Shown: positions 29,861 through 40,342, numbered from the stretch's first letter. The stretch is 64,000 bases of DNA from Paraglaciecola sp. (GCF_039942875.1 NZ_JBDVBQ010000046.1:61660-125659); one strand, 5' to 3'. Notes: generated from the letters alone by a model not told the origin. Numbers and translations: made by a program.

Positions 29861-32047
29861 TTAAACCTTAGCTAACTTAGCGAAAGACATGACAAGCCAT
29901 TTACTACCAAAGTCATCAAAGTTGACTTGAATACGAGCATGCTCTCCAGAGCCTTCGTAATTGAGCACTGTACCTTCAGCAAACTTGGGGTGGCAAACTC
30001 TTTCTCCTAATTGAAAGGCAGATGATTCAAATGAGGTATGCCCTGTTGCTGGGGTAAATCGATTATGTACAGGACGAGAGATAGTCGTGCGTAGTCTTAC
30101 TTCTTCTATGTGTTCTGATGGTATTTCTTTAATAAACCGTGATGGAGTGTGGTATTTGTCTTGCCCGTATACTCGTCTGTTTTCAGCGTAGGTGATATAC
30201 AGTTTTTGCATAGCCCGGGTCATGCCCACGTAACAAAGCCGGCGTTCTTCTTCTATCTTGCCTGGCTCTTCATTACTCATTTGGCTTGGAAACATGCCTT
30301 CTTCTACACCAACCATAAACACTAAAGGGAACTCTAAACCTTTAGCTGTATGGATTGTCATCATTTGTACTGCGTCTTGATGGCTATCGGCTTGGGTGTC
30401 GCCAGCTTCTAAAGAAGCGTGTGCCAAGAAGGCTGAAAGTGGGGTCATATTGTCAGCTTCTTCTGGTACTACAAATTGTTTACATGCTGTGACCAGTTCT
30501 TCTAAGTTTTCGATTCTTGCTTGGGCTTTTTCGCCTTTCTCTGCTTTATACATGGCGTACAGGCCAGAGTGTTTTATCACATAGTCGGCTTGTTGCTCTA
30601 AAGGCAATTCAATAATATCTTGTCTTAACTCCTTAATGAGTTTCATAAAGGCGTCGAGAGCATTTGAGGCTCGGCCATTAAGCCTTTTTTCAGCTAACAT
30701 TTTGGCACTGGCATCCCACATAGATAATTCAGAATCTCGTGCTAGCTCTCTTACTTGGGATAAGGTTTTATCTCCTAAACCTCGAGTAGGTGTGTTTACA
30801 ATTCTTTCGTAGGCCGCATCATCAATAGTTTGATTGATAATACGAAGATAACTCAGTGCATCACGAATTTCTTGTCGTTCAAAGAATCGTAACCCACCGT
30901 AAATTCGATACGGAATTAATTCTTGAAGTAGAGCTTCTTCTAATACCCGAGATTGTGCGTTACTTCGATAAAGGATAGCACAATCAGTTAAGGCGTTGCC
31001 GTTGTCACTCCACTCTTTTATTCGTGAAACGTTAAAGCGCGCTTCATCAAGTTCATTGAAACCCGCATACAAGGATATTAATTCTCCTTGACTATCCTCG
31101 GTCCATAATTCTTTACCAAGACGGCCGCTGTTATTATCAATCACTGCATTTGCAGCTTTTAATATATTGCCTGTAGAGCGATAGTTTTGCTCCAGGCGAA
31201 TAGTGCTTGCGCCCTTAAAGTCTCTTAAAAAGTGTTGAATGTTCTCAACGTTGGCGCCGCGCCAGCCATATATAGATTGGTCATCATCTCCCACAATAAT
31301 CATATTGTTAGTGGGTGCTGCTAGTAATCGTAACCATGCATATTGAATATTGTTGGTGTCTTGAAACTCGTCTACCAGTATCGCTCTAAAGCGTTTTTGA
31401 TAATGTTGTAAAATGTGCGGGTTGTTTAACCATAACTCGTGAGCTCTAAGTAATAATTCAGCAAAGTCTACTAAACCTGCGCGGTCACATGTTTGCTGAT
31501 AGGTTTGGTAAATTTCACGCATTTTCTGTTGAGTAGCATCACCATTTGTCTCAATATGTTGTGGGCGTAAACCTTCATCTTTATTGCCATTGATATACCA
31601 CTGCACATGCTTAGGTGCCCAATGTTTTTCATCTAGGTTTAAACTTTTAAGTACACGTCTTACTAATCTATATTGATCATCTGAGTCTAAAATAGTGAAA
31701 TTTTCGGGTAAATTCACATCGGCATAATGGGTGCGAAGTAATCTGTGGGCTATACCATGAAAGGTTCCAATCCACATTGAGTTGAGAGCAGACCCTTGCA
31801 GCTGCTCTACTCTGCCACGCATTTCTTTGGCGGCTTTATTGGTAAAGGTTACTGCTAAAATCCCATAAGGTGCAATATTTTCAACTTCCATTAACCATGC
31901 AATACGGTGCACTAAAACACGAGTCTTACCACTACCGGCACCTGCTAAAATTAGCATGTCAGATGCGGGAGCTGCTACAGCATCCCTTTGTTTATCGTTT
32001 AATTGGTCTAGAAGTCGAGATACGTCCATTACACTACATGTCGTCAA
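29861..32047 (-). CDS. uvrD: DNA helicase II UvrD
   Basis: 728 aa SF1 helicase (AGAGSGKTRVL). The C-terminal tail (HPKFAEGTVLNYEGSG) is typical of UvrD rather than Rep. Confidence 0.95.
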   Translation of the reverse strand: MTTCSVMDVSRLLDQLNDKQRDAVAAPASDMLILAGAGSGKTRVLVHRIAWLMEVENIAPYGILAVTFTNKAAKEMRGRVEQLQGSALNSMWIGTFHGIAHRLLRTHYADVNLPENFTILDSDDQYRLVRRVLKSLNLDEKHWAPKHVQWYINGNKDEGLRPQHIETNGDATQQKMREIYQTYQQTCDRAGLVDFAELLLRAHELWLNNPHILQHYQKRFRAILVDEFQDTNNIQYAWLRLLAAPTNNMIIVGDDDQSIYGWRGANVENIQHFLRDFKGASTIRLEQNYRSTGNILKAANAVIDNNSGRLGKELWTEDSQGELISLYAGFNELDEARFNVSRIKEWSDNGNALTDCAILYRSNAQSRVLEEALLQELIPYRIYGGLRFFERQEIRDALSYLRIINQTIDDAAYERIVNTPTRGLGDKTLSQVRELARDSELSMWDASAKMLAEKRLNGRASNALDAFMKLIKELRQDIIELPLEQQADYVIKHSGLYAMYKAEKGEKAQARIENLEELVTACKQFVVPEEADNMTPLSAFLAHASLEAGDTQADSHQDAVQMMTIHTAKGLEFPLVFMVGVEEGMFPSQMSNEEPGKIEEERRLCYVGMTRAMQKLYITYAENRRVYGQDKYHTPSRFIKEIPSEHIEEVRLRTTISRPVHNRFTPATGHTSFESSAFQLGERVCHPKFAEGTVLNYEGSGEHARIQVNFDDFGSKWLVMSFAKLAKV

Positions 32048-32077
32048 AAAAATTATGTGACTAGTATATCAGTAATA

Positions 32078-32093
32078 CTGTATTTAATTACAC
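32078..32093. promoter_or_regulatory. Possible LexA (SOS) box upstream of uvrD
   Basis: CTGTATTTAATTACAC matches CTGT-N8-ACAG except at the last base. It lies about 30 nt upstream of the uvrD start codon. Confidence 0.3.
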
Positions 32094-32258
32094 TAGACTA
32101 TAAAATTGTAAATTTGCCCCAATTGTATTGAGTAGTGTTCTACAAACAACGTTTATCGTTATTTTAATGTTAAGTTGGTAAAATGGAAATTACTGAAATT
32201 ATTGAATGTATAAATGGTTCTAGTGAATATGAGTACACCCCTAGTCGAGGAATAGCAA

Positions 32259-33038
32259 ATGACGATAGAGTTTTGGCAGCGTTTAAAATCTGAAGCGCAA
32301 ACTTTGGTGACCAAAGAGCCGTTATTGGCGAGTTATGTGCACAAATGTATTTTAGCCCATCATAATTTCGAAACCGCATTGAGTTTTATTTTATCCACAA
32401 AGCTAGCGGATGACGTAATGGGATCTTTATCATTACGAGAAATGTTTGAGCAGAGTTATTTATTGCACCCTGAGATAGTTGAGGCAGTTGTTGGTGATGT
32501 TGAAGCTGTGTATAACCGCGACCCAGCAGTGCATTCTTATTTAACTGTATTGTTGAATTTCAAGGGGTTTCACGCTATTCAAGTGCACAGATTAGCTCAT
32601 CAATTGTGGTTAGCTGATAGGCATGACTTAGCGCTGTTTATACAGAGTCGTAATTCTGAAGTGTTCTCAGTAGATATTCACCCCGCAGCACGTATTGGCC
32701 AAGGAGTGATGTTTGATCATGCCACTGGGATTGTTGTAGGAGAAACCGCGGTAATTGAAAATAATGTATCTGTCATGCAATCGGTTACTCTAGGGGGCAC
32801 AGGTAATGAAGCAGGAGACCGCCACCCTAAAATTAAAGAAGGGGTTATGATTGGTGCCGGTGCAAAAATCTTGGGTAACATTACTATTGGTAAAGGCGCT
32901 AAAGTTGGAGCGGGTAGTGTGGTATTAAATGATGTGCCAGCACATGTTACCGTTGCAGGTATTCCTGCTAAAATAGTCGGTAAACCAACCTGTCAAAGTC
33001 CCTGTGAAACCATGAATCAAAATATACTTGAAGACTAA
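32259..33038 (+). CDS. cysE: Serine O-acetyltransferase
   Basis: It has hexapeptide repeats and CysE-like N-terminal helices (DPAV.SYL..LLNFKGFHA.Q.HR.AH.LW). Confidence 0.93.
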   Translation: MTIEFWQRLKSEAQTLVTKEPLLASYVHKCILAHHNFETALSFILSTKLADDVMGSLSLREMFEQSYLLHPEIVEAVVGDVEAVYNRDPAVHSYLTVLLNFKGFHAIQVHRLAHQLWLADRHDLALFIQSRNSEVFSVDIHPAARIGQGVMFDHATGIVVGETAVIENNVSVMQSVTLGGTGNEAGDRHPKIKEGVMIGAGAKILGNITIGKGAKVGAGSVVLNDVPAHVTVAGIPAKIVGKPTCQSPCETMNQNILED

Positions 33039-33075
33039 ATATTTTATAGGTTGAACTCAGTGTTAACTATCCTAT

Positions 33076-33792
33076 TTATATAAGTAAAAGTAGCTCTTCA
33101 AGCTTATCAAGTTGTACATGAGGTATAGTTGTTACGTGTTCATTCACCAACGCCATTGTTCTATTTTCTGCATACCAAGCGGTTTGATAGCCAGATTTTA
33201 ATGCGCCCCATATGTCTTTATGTAAGTCATCTCCCACATGCAAGATATTACTCTCTGGCAGTTTTAAAAATTGCTTTGAGGCTTCGAACATAGCGCTATT
33301 AGGCTTCATGGGTAAGGTTAAAGACGCTTTCAGCGTTTTTGAAAAATAAGGCGCTATGCCAATTTGTTCGAGGTTAACATTACCATTAGTGATAGCTACA
33401 AGAGGAAGCTTTGCAGACAGGGCTGCTAATAAAGAATGAATATTTTTGGATAATGAAAAGTTACTCCTCTGAAAATAAAAATAATCAAAACTATGCTGAG
33501 CAGCTTCTTTAGCCGCCTCTGGTAATAGCCCTAAGTGTATAAAACCAGAATGCATGGTTGAGTAGCGCAATTGTCCCATGTCATGTTTTAACATTGGTTT
33601 GCTTCTTAAGACATTTAATTGATGGGTTTTCCAAAAGTATTCATCTGTGTTTTTAGTCTCAGGATAGTGTTTTTCTAGCCATGCAAAGAGAGCGTGATTT
33701 GCTTTCACGATAATGGGGTAGTTGTTGTATAAGGTGTCATCTAAGTCAAAGGTAATAGCCTTAACTTTTTTTAGTTTTTTATAAAAAATCAT
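33076..33792 (-). CDS. yigB: HAD-family phosphatase YigB-like
   Basis: It has the HAD motif I (FDLDDTLY), with LVAITNGN and HVGDDL. It is adjacent to xerC, as in E. coli. Confidence 0.8.
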   Translation of the reverse strand: MIFYKKLKKVKAITFDLDDTLYNNYPIIVKANHALFAWLEKHYPETKNTDEYFWKTHQLNVLRSKPMLKHDMGQLRYSTMHSGFIHLGLLPEAAKEAAQHSFDYFYFQRSNFSLSKNIHSLLAALSAKLPLVAITNGNVNLEQIGIAPYFSKTLKASLTLPMKPNSAMFEASKQFLKLPESNILHVGDDLHKDIWGALKSGYQTAWYAENRTMALVNEHVTTIPHVQLDKLEELLLLI

Positions 33793-33831
33793 TCGTGATT
33801 AATGGTTCTTCTATAAGTGTATGACGGCGCA

Positions 33832-34725
33832 TTATTTATTCTTTTTAGCTCTAGGGTGGGCGTTGTCATAGACAGTTGCTAAATGCTGAAAATTTAAATG
33901 AGTATAAACTTGAGTCGTTGCAAGGTTAGCATGGCCTAAAAGCTCTTGAACACCTCTTAGGTCAGAGCTTGATTCTAATATATGAGTTGCAAAGCTATGC
34001 CTTAATTTATGGGGATTGACAGATTGTTTTAAATCTTGATTTGCTGCCCATAGTTTCATTCGCTTAGCAATTTGGCGAGTGCTGATCCTATTTTTTCGTT
34101 TACTTAGAAATAATGCTGGTTCAGCCTCATCGGCAAATTCAGGTCGTAATTTTAACCACTCTGAGATTGCTAACATTGCCACTTTACCTATTGGGAGTAG
34201 GCGCTCTTTGCTGCCTTTGCCTAATACTCGTAGTTGGCAGTTGGCTTCTATACTTTGCAAGTTCAGAGATGCTAATTCTGCTAATCGTAAACCACAACTG
34301 TACATGAGCTCCATTATTGCCTTATCTCTGACTGCCAGTATGTCGTCATTTTTGATATCGAGTAATTGATGCATTTCATCAACGTTTAGTTGCTTAGGTA
34401 AAGGTTTACCTTGCTTAGGAGCGCTAATCGAAGTGGCAGGATTTTGAGTTAGGACATTTTGTTGAATCAAAAAAGCACAAAACCCTCTGATTGCTGATAA
34501 CCGTAATGCGATTGAGCGGGGGTTAAGGTCTTTTCTTCTGGCTTGATTTAAAATATGCCGCACATTATGAGTGTCAAATAATGTCCAGTTATCAATATTT
34601 AAGTCCTCAAAAGCGGCATTAAGCTGCCTTTGGTAGCTATCAATAGACTTACCTGCAAGGTGCTTTTCATACTTTAGATAAAACAGATATTTGTCTAACC
34701 AAGACTGCAAACTTGGCGCTAACAT
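33832..34725 (-). CDS. xerC: Tyrosine recombinase XerC
   Basis: 297 aa with the catalytic region (HKLRHSFATH...LGHANLATTQVYTH). It sits in the conserved dapF-yigA-xerC-yigB context. Confidence 0.9.
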   Translation of the reverse strand: MLAPSLQSWLDKYLFYLKYEKHLAGKSIDSYQRQLNAAFEDLNIDNWTLFDTHNVRHILNQARRKDLNPRSIALRLSAIRGFCAFLIQQNVLTQNPATSISAPKQGKPLPKQLNVDEMHQLLDIKNDDILAVRDKAIMELMYSCGLRLAELASLNLQSIEANCQLRVLGKGSKERLLPIGKVAMLAISEWLKLRPEFADEAEPALFLSKRKNRISTRQIAKRMKLWAANQDLKQSVNPHKLRHSFATHILESSSDLRGVQELLGHANLATTQVYTHLNFQHLATVYDNAHPRAKKNK

Positions 34726-34739
34726 AATGACGCGCGCTG

Positions 34740-35438
34740 TTAGTAGGTAAGCATTTTAGGCAATAACACGCCTAAAAACTGTTGTAACTGAGTGATTAGC
34801 AAGGTGTCCATATCTGGATTAAAGTGACTAGCATCTCTGCTACCAATTGCTAAGATTCCTAGCTCTCCAGTTTCACCAATCAGTAATAATGCCACTGAGT
34901 TGGCTTCTTGATCGTTGAACAACAATTTACGCTCGTGCTCACTTAAGCGGCCAAAGAAAAATTGATTACGTTGAAAACGCTTTTCAATAAATAATCTACG
35001 TTGAATTTCAGGAAGTGCGTGGGGGCCTTTGAATGGCTTAATAGTGACAGCTGATAATTCGAGGTTCTCTTGGATAACTTCTTCTAGGGTAAATTTTATT
35101 TCATCTAAATCTTTACATTTTAAGATACGCAGGTTTAAGTCAGCATAGACTCGATATATCGCTTCATTTTGTTTGGCGATAGAAATCAATTGGTTTAGTT
35201 TATGATTTAATGTCCTGACTTTTTTACGCAACTGCTCACTTTGCAACTCAACTAGAGAAACGCTTCCTTTAAGGGAATGCGGAATATTTATTTTTTCAAT
35301 TAAATGAGGATACAGTGCAAAAAAATCAGGGTTTTCAAGTAAGTAAGTGGCTACTGACTCATGGGATAAAGTGGCTGGCTCCTCAAAATTAGAGTTTATG
35401 TCAGTATTGTTTTTATATTGTTCCAAACTCTCACTCAT
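34740..35438 (-). CDS. yigA: DUF484 family protein (YigA-like)
   Basis: 232 aa with a GAF-like C-terminus. It lies between dapF and xerC and overlaps dapF by 4 nt. Confidence 0.78.
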   Translation of the reverse strand: MSESLEQYKNNTDINSNFEEPATLSHESVATYLLENPDFFALYPHLIEKINIPHSLKGSVSLVELQSEQLRKKVRTLNHKLNQLISIAKQNEAIYRVYADLNLRILKCKDLDEIKFTLEEVIQENLELSAVTIKPFKGPHALPEIQRRLFIEKRFQRNQFFFGRLSEHERKLLFNDQEANSVALLLIGETGELGILAIGSRDASHFNPDMDTLLITQLQQFLGVLLPKMLTY

Positions 35439-36265
35439 ATGTTTATATGTCCATCAAATACATGTTCAGCTGTTCCCGTCATTTTTAAGACATTATCTTT
35501 GCCTTGCCAACGTATTTTTAAACTTCCACCAGGTAAATCTACTCTAACATCTTTACTTAATTTGTTGTGTATTTGTCCAATAGCCACTGCGGCGCACGCA
35601 CCACTTCCGCAGGCTAGGGTTTCACCTGCTCCACGCTCATAAACCCTTAACTTGACATGGTTAGGGTTGATGATTTGCATAAAGCCGACATTTGCGCCTT
35701 CAGTAAATCTTTCATGTTGCTCAAGTAAAGGTCCCATTCCTTCAACATCTGCTTTTTGTACGTCATCAACCAGTAATACACAATGAGGATTACCCATAGA
35801 TACGGCACCACAGAAGAAAGTATGGCCTTCTGCCCGCAACACATAGATTTTTTCTTGCTTCTTAGCTTTTATTGGTACCATATGAGGTTCAAATTTTGGA
35901 ACTCCCATATTGACCGTGACTTGGCCATCTTTTTCAAGATATAAAACCATACGCCCTGCTTTGGTACTCACTACGATTTTATTACGATTGATCAAACCTC
36001 TCATTTTGACAAATCGTGCGAAACATCGAGCGCCATTACCACATTGTGATACTTCGGACCCGTCAGCGTTGAATATTCTATAATGAAAATCTTGCTCAGG
36101 GTCATAGGGAGGCTCGACCAACAATAGTTGATCGAATCCTACTCCAAAATTTCTATCTGAGAGCTGTTGTATTTTCTCTTTTGAAAAGAAAACATTCTGG
36201 GTGACGTTATCAATGACCATAAAATCATTGCCCAGACCATGCATCTTTGAAAACTGGATTTGCAT
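35435..36265 (-). CDS. dapF: Diaminopimelate epimerase
   Basis: Both catalytic Cys motifs are present (SQCGNGARC and [12 protein letters not shown]). The N-terminus is [11 protein letters not shown]. Confidence 0.96.
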   Translation of the reverse strand: MQIQFSKMHGLGNDFMVIDNVTQNVFFSKEKIQQLSDRNFGVGFDQLLLVEPPYDPEQDFHYRIFNADGSEVSQCGNGARCFARFVKMRGLINRNKIVVSTKAGRMVLYLEKDGQVTVNMGVPKFEPHMVPIKAKKQEKIYVLRAEGHTFFCGAVSMGNPHCVLLVDDVQKADVEGMGPLLEQHERFTEGANVGFMQIINPNHVKLRVYERGAGETLACGSGACAAVAIGQIHNKLSKDVRVDLPGGSLKIRWQGKDNVLKMTGTAEHVFDGHINI

Positions 36266-36442
36266 TGTAATTACTTAGCTAAAATTGTTATCTAACCGCT
36301 TTAAGCAGGTCGTTAGATTCGTTGCTCACAGTTATATCATTTCAAATAAAGACTGACCATGTCTTTAGCTAACATCAGCAAAAATAATCTAAATAACTTT
36401 CTGTTTTAACATAATTTTGTAATAAACAAGTTTACCAATAAA

Positions 36443-37693
36443 CTAGGTTGGTATGTGTTCACTCTCAAATAAGCTCTCGATAGTTTCTCTGTCTCTTATT
36501 AAGTGAGCCTCTGCATCATCAATTAGAATTTCGGCTGCACGACCACGGCTATTATAGTTTGAAGCCATCACAAAGCCGTAAGCGCCCGCGCTTCTTACTG
36601 CAAGATAGTCATTGGGGGCAATTGCAAGCTCTCGTTCTTTTCCTAAAAAGTCACCTGTTTCACAAATGGGCCCTACTACATCATAGGTGGCCACTGCTCG
36701 GTCTAAATCTGTTTTAAGAGGAATAATATTTTGCCATGCTGAATATAATGAAGGACGGATTAAGTCGTTCATAGCTGCATCTACAATTGCAAAATTTTTC
36801 TCATCACCTGCTTTTAAAAACTCAACTTTTGTCAATAACACGCCGGCGTTTGCCATGATGGCGCGGCCAGGTTCAAAAATAAGTAATAAGTCTTCACGCC
36901 CTTGCATGCGCTCCGCAATTGCTTGGGTGTACTCATCAGGGTGAGGAGCTTTTTCGTTATTGTAAGTGACCCCTAATCCACCACCAACATCTAAATGTTT
37001 CAGATGAATGCCGTGTTCTGCTAACTCGTCAATCAAGGCTAATAAAATATCTAACGCATCAACAAAAGGTGATAGCTCAGTTAATTGAGAGCCAATATGG
37101 CAATCAATACCAATTACATTCAAAAATGGCAGGCTCTTGGCGTATTGATATATTTCAACTGCATTTTGACGGGCTACTCCAAATTTGTTGGCTTTTAGCC
37201 CTGTAGAAATATAAGGATGAGTGTTGGCATCAACATCTGGGTTTACCCTAATTGAAATAGGTGCGTGTTTACCATGTTGTTCGGCCACTTCATTAATTCT
37301 GGCTAATTCGCTGCGAGATTCAACGTTGAAACACTTGATGTTATGTTCTAGTCCAAGGGCTATCTCTGCTTCTGTTTTACCTACCCCAGAAAATACTACT
37401 TTGCCGGGGTCGCCACCCGCCTTAAGTACTCGTAATAATTCTCCTCCTGACACTATGTCGAAACCAGAGCCTAGTTTTGCCATTACATTTAACACAGCTA
37501 GATTAGAATTGGCTTTAACCGCATAACAAATTAGATGAGGCTGTTCACCAGCTGCTTTATTGAAAGCATGCCAATGACGCTCTATTGTAGCTTTTGAATA
37601 GACATAACATGGTGTTTTAAATTCTTCAGCTACGGCAGTCAACGAGACATTTTCAGCGTAGAGTTCTTGGTTTTTATATGCAAAGTAATCCAT
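36443..37693 (-). CDS. lysA: Diaminopimelate decarboxylase
   Basis: It is a PLP-dependent decarboxylase (YAVKANSN). I place the start at the internal Met (MDYFAYKNQELY). The longer track ORF (to 37798) runs through the lptM reading frame. Confidence 0.92.
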   Translation of the reverse strand: MDYFAYKNQELYAENVSLTAVAEEFKTPCYVYSKATIERHWHAFNKAAGEQPHLICYAVKANSNLAVLNVMAKLGSGFDIVSGGELLRVLKAGGDPGKVVFSGVGKTEAEIALGLEHNIKCFNVESRSELARINEVAEQHGKHAPISIRVNPDVDANTHPYISTGLKANKFGVARQNAVEIYQYAKSLPFLNVIGIDCHIGSQLTELSPFVDALDILLALIDELAEHGIHLKHLDVGGGLGVTYNNEKAPHPDEYTQAIAERMQGREDLLLIFEPGRAIMANAGVLLTKVEFLKAGDEKNFAIVDAAMNDLIRPSLYSAWQNIIPLKTDLDRAVATYDVVGPICETGDFLGKERELAIAPNDYLAVRSAGAYGFVMASNYNSRGRAAEILIDDAEAHLIRDRETIESLFESEHIPT

Positions 37694-37694
37694 A

Positions 37695-37865
37695 TCAATT
37701 GGTTCCTGTAGCAGGGGATTCGGTGGCATCTGTAGTTGTTGTTTCTGCTTTATTGCTTTTAGGTTCTTCAGGAAGATAAAGCGCTCGCTTTTGACCACAA
37801 GCCGACATACCTAGTAGGCATGAAAGTAGTATGAGTTGTGATGCAACTTTTAAATTTTTCAGCAT
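37695..37865 (-). CDS. lptM: Small lipoprotein LptM (YifL-like)
   Basis: The start is MLKNLKV. The lipobox LLGMSAC is followed by GQKRALYLP, which is characteristic of YifL/LptM. Its stop lies 1 nt before the lysA ATG. Confidence 0.7.
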   Translation of the reverse strand: MLKNLKVASQLILLSCLLGMSACGQKRALYLPEEPKSNKAETTTTDATESPATGTN

Positions 37866-37979
37866 AACTACCACCGCAAAATAAATAGCTGGCAATAATG
37901 TCATTACCTAGCCAAAAAACAAGAGGTAGAGTGAGATGATTTGGCATTTTATGCAATAAGAAATAACTAAGTCTAAAAT

Positions 37980-39047
37980 TTAATGGGGAATTTGACGTAG
38001 TTGATTTAGTACTGATTCAGGAAACTTCACTTGACGCCACAAAGCCGAACATAAACTTTCGGTATCAGACCATTGCTTATTCAGAATCCAGTCTATTAGT
38101 GTATCTGGGTTGGCTGAAAATCGAATAGTGTCCGGTGTATCACTTTGCAACCATTGCTCAATGGCATCTAAATCTAAAGCGCGCATAAATTGGCAAAGCC
38201 CTAATTCAGATAAGGTATGCGCGTTAGAAACCTGTTCATACTGACCATTGAGAGGCTTTAATAACATGCGTTTATTAAATTGTAAGCACTCACTAGCTAA
38301 TTCAAACCCAGCATTGGCGATTACGCCATTACATTTGCTAAGCACCCTATGAAAAGGTGCTATGGCTGTAGGGTGCCAGCATATGTTCTCATGTTTGTGG
38401 GCATATTTGATAGATGGATGAAAACTAATAAAGTCATGCTCAGCAAATGAACTAAGTGTTTCTTGTATTGCTGAAACATCTTCAAAAGGAAGATATACAA
38501 GTATGCTTTTATCTTGCCTTTCACTATGAAATTCTGGATCAATAAAGGGAGGAAGAATAGGGTAACCATAATGGTACCAATGTACTCCAAGCTGTATGTC
38601 GGTGGGAGCAAAATAACGAGTAATTAAATTGTCAACAATATCGGCCTCTTGTTTGGGAATTGGGTGAGCGAAAGCTGCCTGGTGACTGATTGAAATAGAA
38701 GGCACCTTTTGTTTTTTAGCAGCCCAAGCTGTTACGGGCTCAAAGTCATTTAGAACAAGGTCATAACTTGTCACGTCAAAATGTTTAATGTCATGAAAAA
38801 ATTGTCTAATTTTCGCTGATTTAATGGTGTCCCAATGATTCACTGCGCCATTTTGGGTTGCGAAAGATAAACCTTGTAAGCTTTGGTATTGCCCAAACAC
38901 TTCCATATCAAAGTATTTATCTGGATCTCTACCAGAGAATACAAAATCTACATCCACATCAGCTCTTTTTGCAAATGCCTTTGCCATTATTCTTGCGCGG
39001 CTGATATGACCATTTCCCGTACCTTGCACGCCAAAAAGAATTTTCAT
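37980..39047 (-). CDS. Glycosyltransferase, MJ1255-like family
   Basis: The N-terminus MKILFGVQGTGNGHISRA is typical of this GT-B-like family. The substrate is unknown. Confidence 0.7.
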   Translation of the reverse strand: MKILFGVQGTGNGHISRARIMAKAFAKRADVDVDFVFSGRDPDKYFDMEVFGQYQSLQGLSFATQNGAVNHWDTIKSAKIRQFFHDIKHFDVTSYDLVLNDFEPVTAWAAKKQKVPSISISHQAAFAHPIPKQEADIVDNLITRYFAPTDIQLGVHWYHYGYPILPPFIDPEFHSERQDKSILVYLPFEDVSAIQETLSSFAEHDFISFHPSIKYAHKHENICWHPTAIAPFHRVLSKCNGVIANAGFELASECLQFNKRMLLKPLNGQYEQVSNAHTLSELGLCQFMRALDLDAIEQWLQSDTPDTIRFSANPDTLIDWILNKQWSDTESLCSALWRQVKFPESVLNQLRQIPH

Positions 39048-39058
39048 AACACCCTACC

Positions 39059-39583
39059 TTAGAAAAGCGACAAACTAAGCATTGATATACCCATTCCAAG
39101 AGCAGCTCCCGCTAAAATGTCTCCAGGGTAATGCACACCTAACAAAACCCTAGAGCATCCGATGCAGCAGGCCCATGTATAAACTGGAATAGCGATTATT
39201 GGATAAAAGCTGGCTAGCAGAGAAGCCATAAGAAAGGCTGCAGCTGTATGCCCTGAAGGTAAACTAAATTTATCAGAGGGGACGATATGTGCAGCAATAT
39301 CGGTTTGTTGATTACAAGGTCGTTGACGACGTAAACTTTTTTTTAAAAAAATATATAATGGCACTTCAAAAGCATAGGCAAGTAGAGCGGTATATAAAAA
39401 AAGATCCCCATGTTCAGGCTCTAAGTACCATAATAACAAACCTATAATTAAATAGAGTTGTCCATCTCCGGTTTTAGAAAGCCACTTGATCCAGCGACAA
39501 TCCCGATTAGCCGTTAAGTTAAATAACCAATGAAACAAGGCTTTGTCACTTTGTAATAAAGATTTCATAGGCATAGCTCTCAC
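39059..39583 (-). CDS. PAP2-family membrane phosphatase
   Basis: It has the acid-phosphatase motifs (KK..RR.RP, PSGH, SR...G.H...D) and several TM segments. Confidence 0.8.
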   Translation of the reverse strand: MRAMPMKSLLQSDKALFHWLFNLTANRDCRWIKWLSKTGDGQLYLIIGLLLWYLEPEHGDLFLYTALLAYAFEVPLYIFLKKSLRRQRPCNQQTDIAAHIVPSDKFSLPSGHTAAAFLMASLLASFYPIIAIPVYTWACCIGCSRVLLGVHYPGDILAGAALGMGISMLSLSLF

Positions 39584-39753
39584 TCTTACAAAACTAAGCT
39601 TATCTTATAAATCACCTATGAATCGTATATGACAGTTTTGCTAAAGCTTTATTACAGTGAATTTGAGTATTCCTAGAATATTGATGTAAATACACTAGAT
39701 TTGAATTTCTCTAGCAGTATACTCGGGGTAAACCTAGCAGACTTGGAATTAAT

Positions 39754-40239
39754 ATGGACTACAACACATCTACTTTATGCGATATTTTTGCGGACAGCGT
39801 TGACGTGGTTGAGCCCATGTTTATATCTTTTGGTGGTAGACCTTCTTATGGTGGTGAAATAACTACAATTAAATGTTTCGAAGATAAAGGTTTGATTGAT
39901 AAAACCTTAGAAATGCCTGGCGTAGGAAAGGTTTTGTTAATTGATGGTGGGGGCTCTATGCGCCGTGCCTTAATTGATGCTACTTCAGCTCAACTCGCAT
40001 TTGATAATGGTTGGGAAGGGATAGTGTGTTACGGCAGTGTCCGTGAAGTTGATGAACTGGAAGATATAAATATTGGCATTCATGCAATTGCTTCAATTCC
40101 TGTTGGTGCTGACGATCAAGAATTAGGTGAGGTTGATGTTGCAGTTAATTTTGGTGGGGTAACCTTTTTGCCAGAAGATCATCTTTATGCCGACCAAACA
40201 GGAGTGATCCTGTCTCCTGAATCTCTTGACCTTGAATAA
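39754..40239 (+). CDS. rraA: Ribonuclease E regulator RraA
   Basis: 161 aa that resembles RraA throughout ([20 protein letters not shown]). Confidence 0.92.
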   Translation: MDYNTSTLCDIFADSVDVVEPMFISFGGRPSYGGEITTIKCFEDKGLIDKTLEMPGVGKVLLIDGGGSMRRALIDATSAQLAFDNGWEGIVCYGSVREVDELEDINIGIHAIASIPVGADDQELGEVDVAVNFGGVTFLPEDHLYADQTGVILSPESLDLE

Positions 40240-40282
40240 CCTTTGAAGTCTTTAGCTTAACACTTACTTTATTTAGGATAAT

Positions 40283-40316
40283 AAAAAAGCCGTGCTTCAC
40301 TGAAACACGGCTTTTT
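40283..40316. terminator. Bidirectional rho-independent terminator
   Basis: The hairpin is aaaaaagccgtg...cacggcttttt. It lies between the convergent rraA and exbD genes. Confidence 0.8.
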
Positions 40317-40342
40317 CAATTATGGCAATGGTAAGCTCTAAC

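Noticed and set aside
32170-32379. A 69 aa minus-strand ORF overlapping the cysE start
   Set aside because: It overlaps a strongly supported gene on the other strand and has no supporting signals.
33832-34725. Tyrosine recombinase as a marker of an integrated mobile element
   Set aside because: It is the housekeeping xerC in its conserved dapF-yigA-xerC-yigB context. There are no flanking repeats, phage genes or cargo genes.
37694-37798. N-terminal 35 aa extension of the lysA ORF given in the track (36443..37798)
   Set aside because: The extension runs through the lptM coding region in another frame. The LysA-like sequence begins at the internal Met (37693), 1 nt after the lptM stop.
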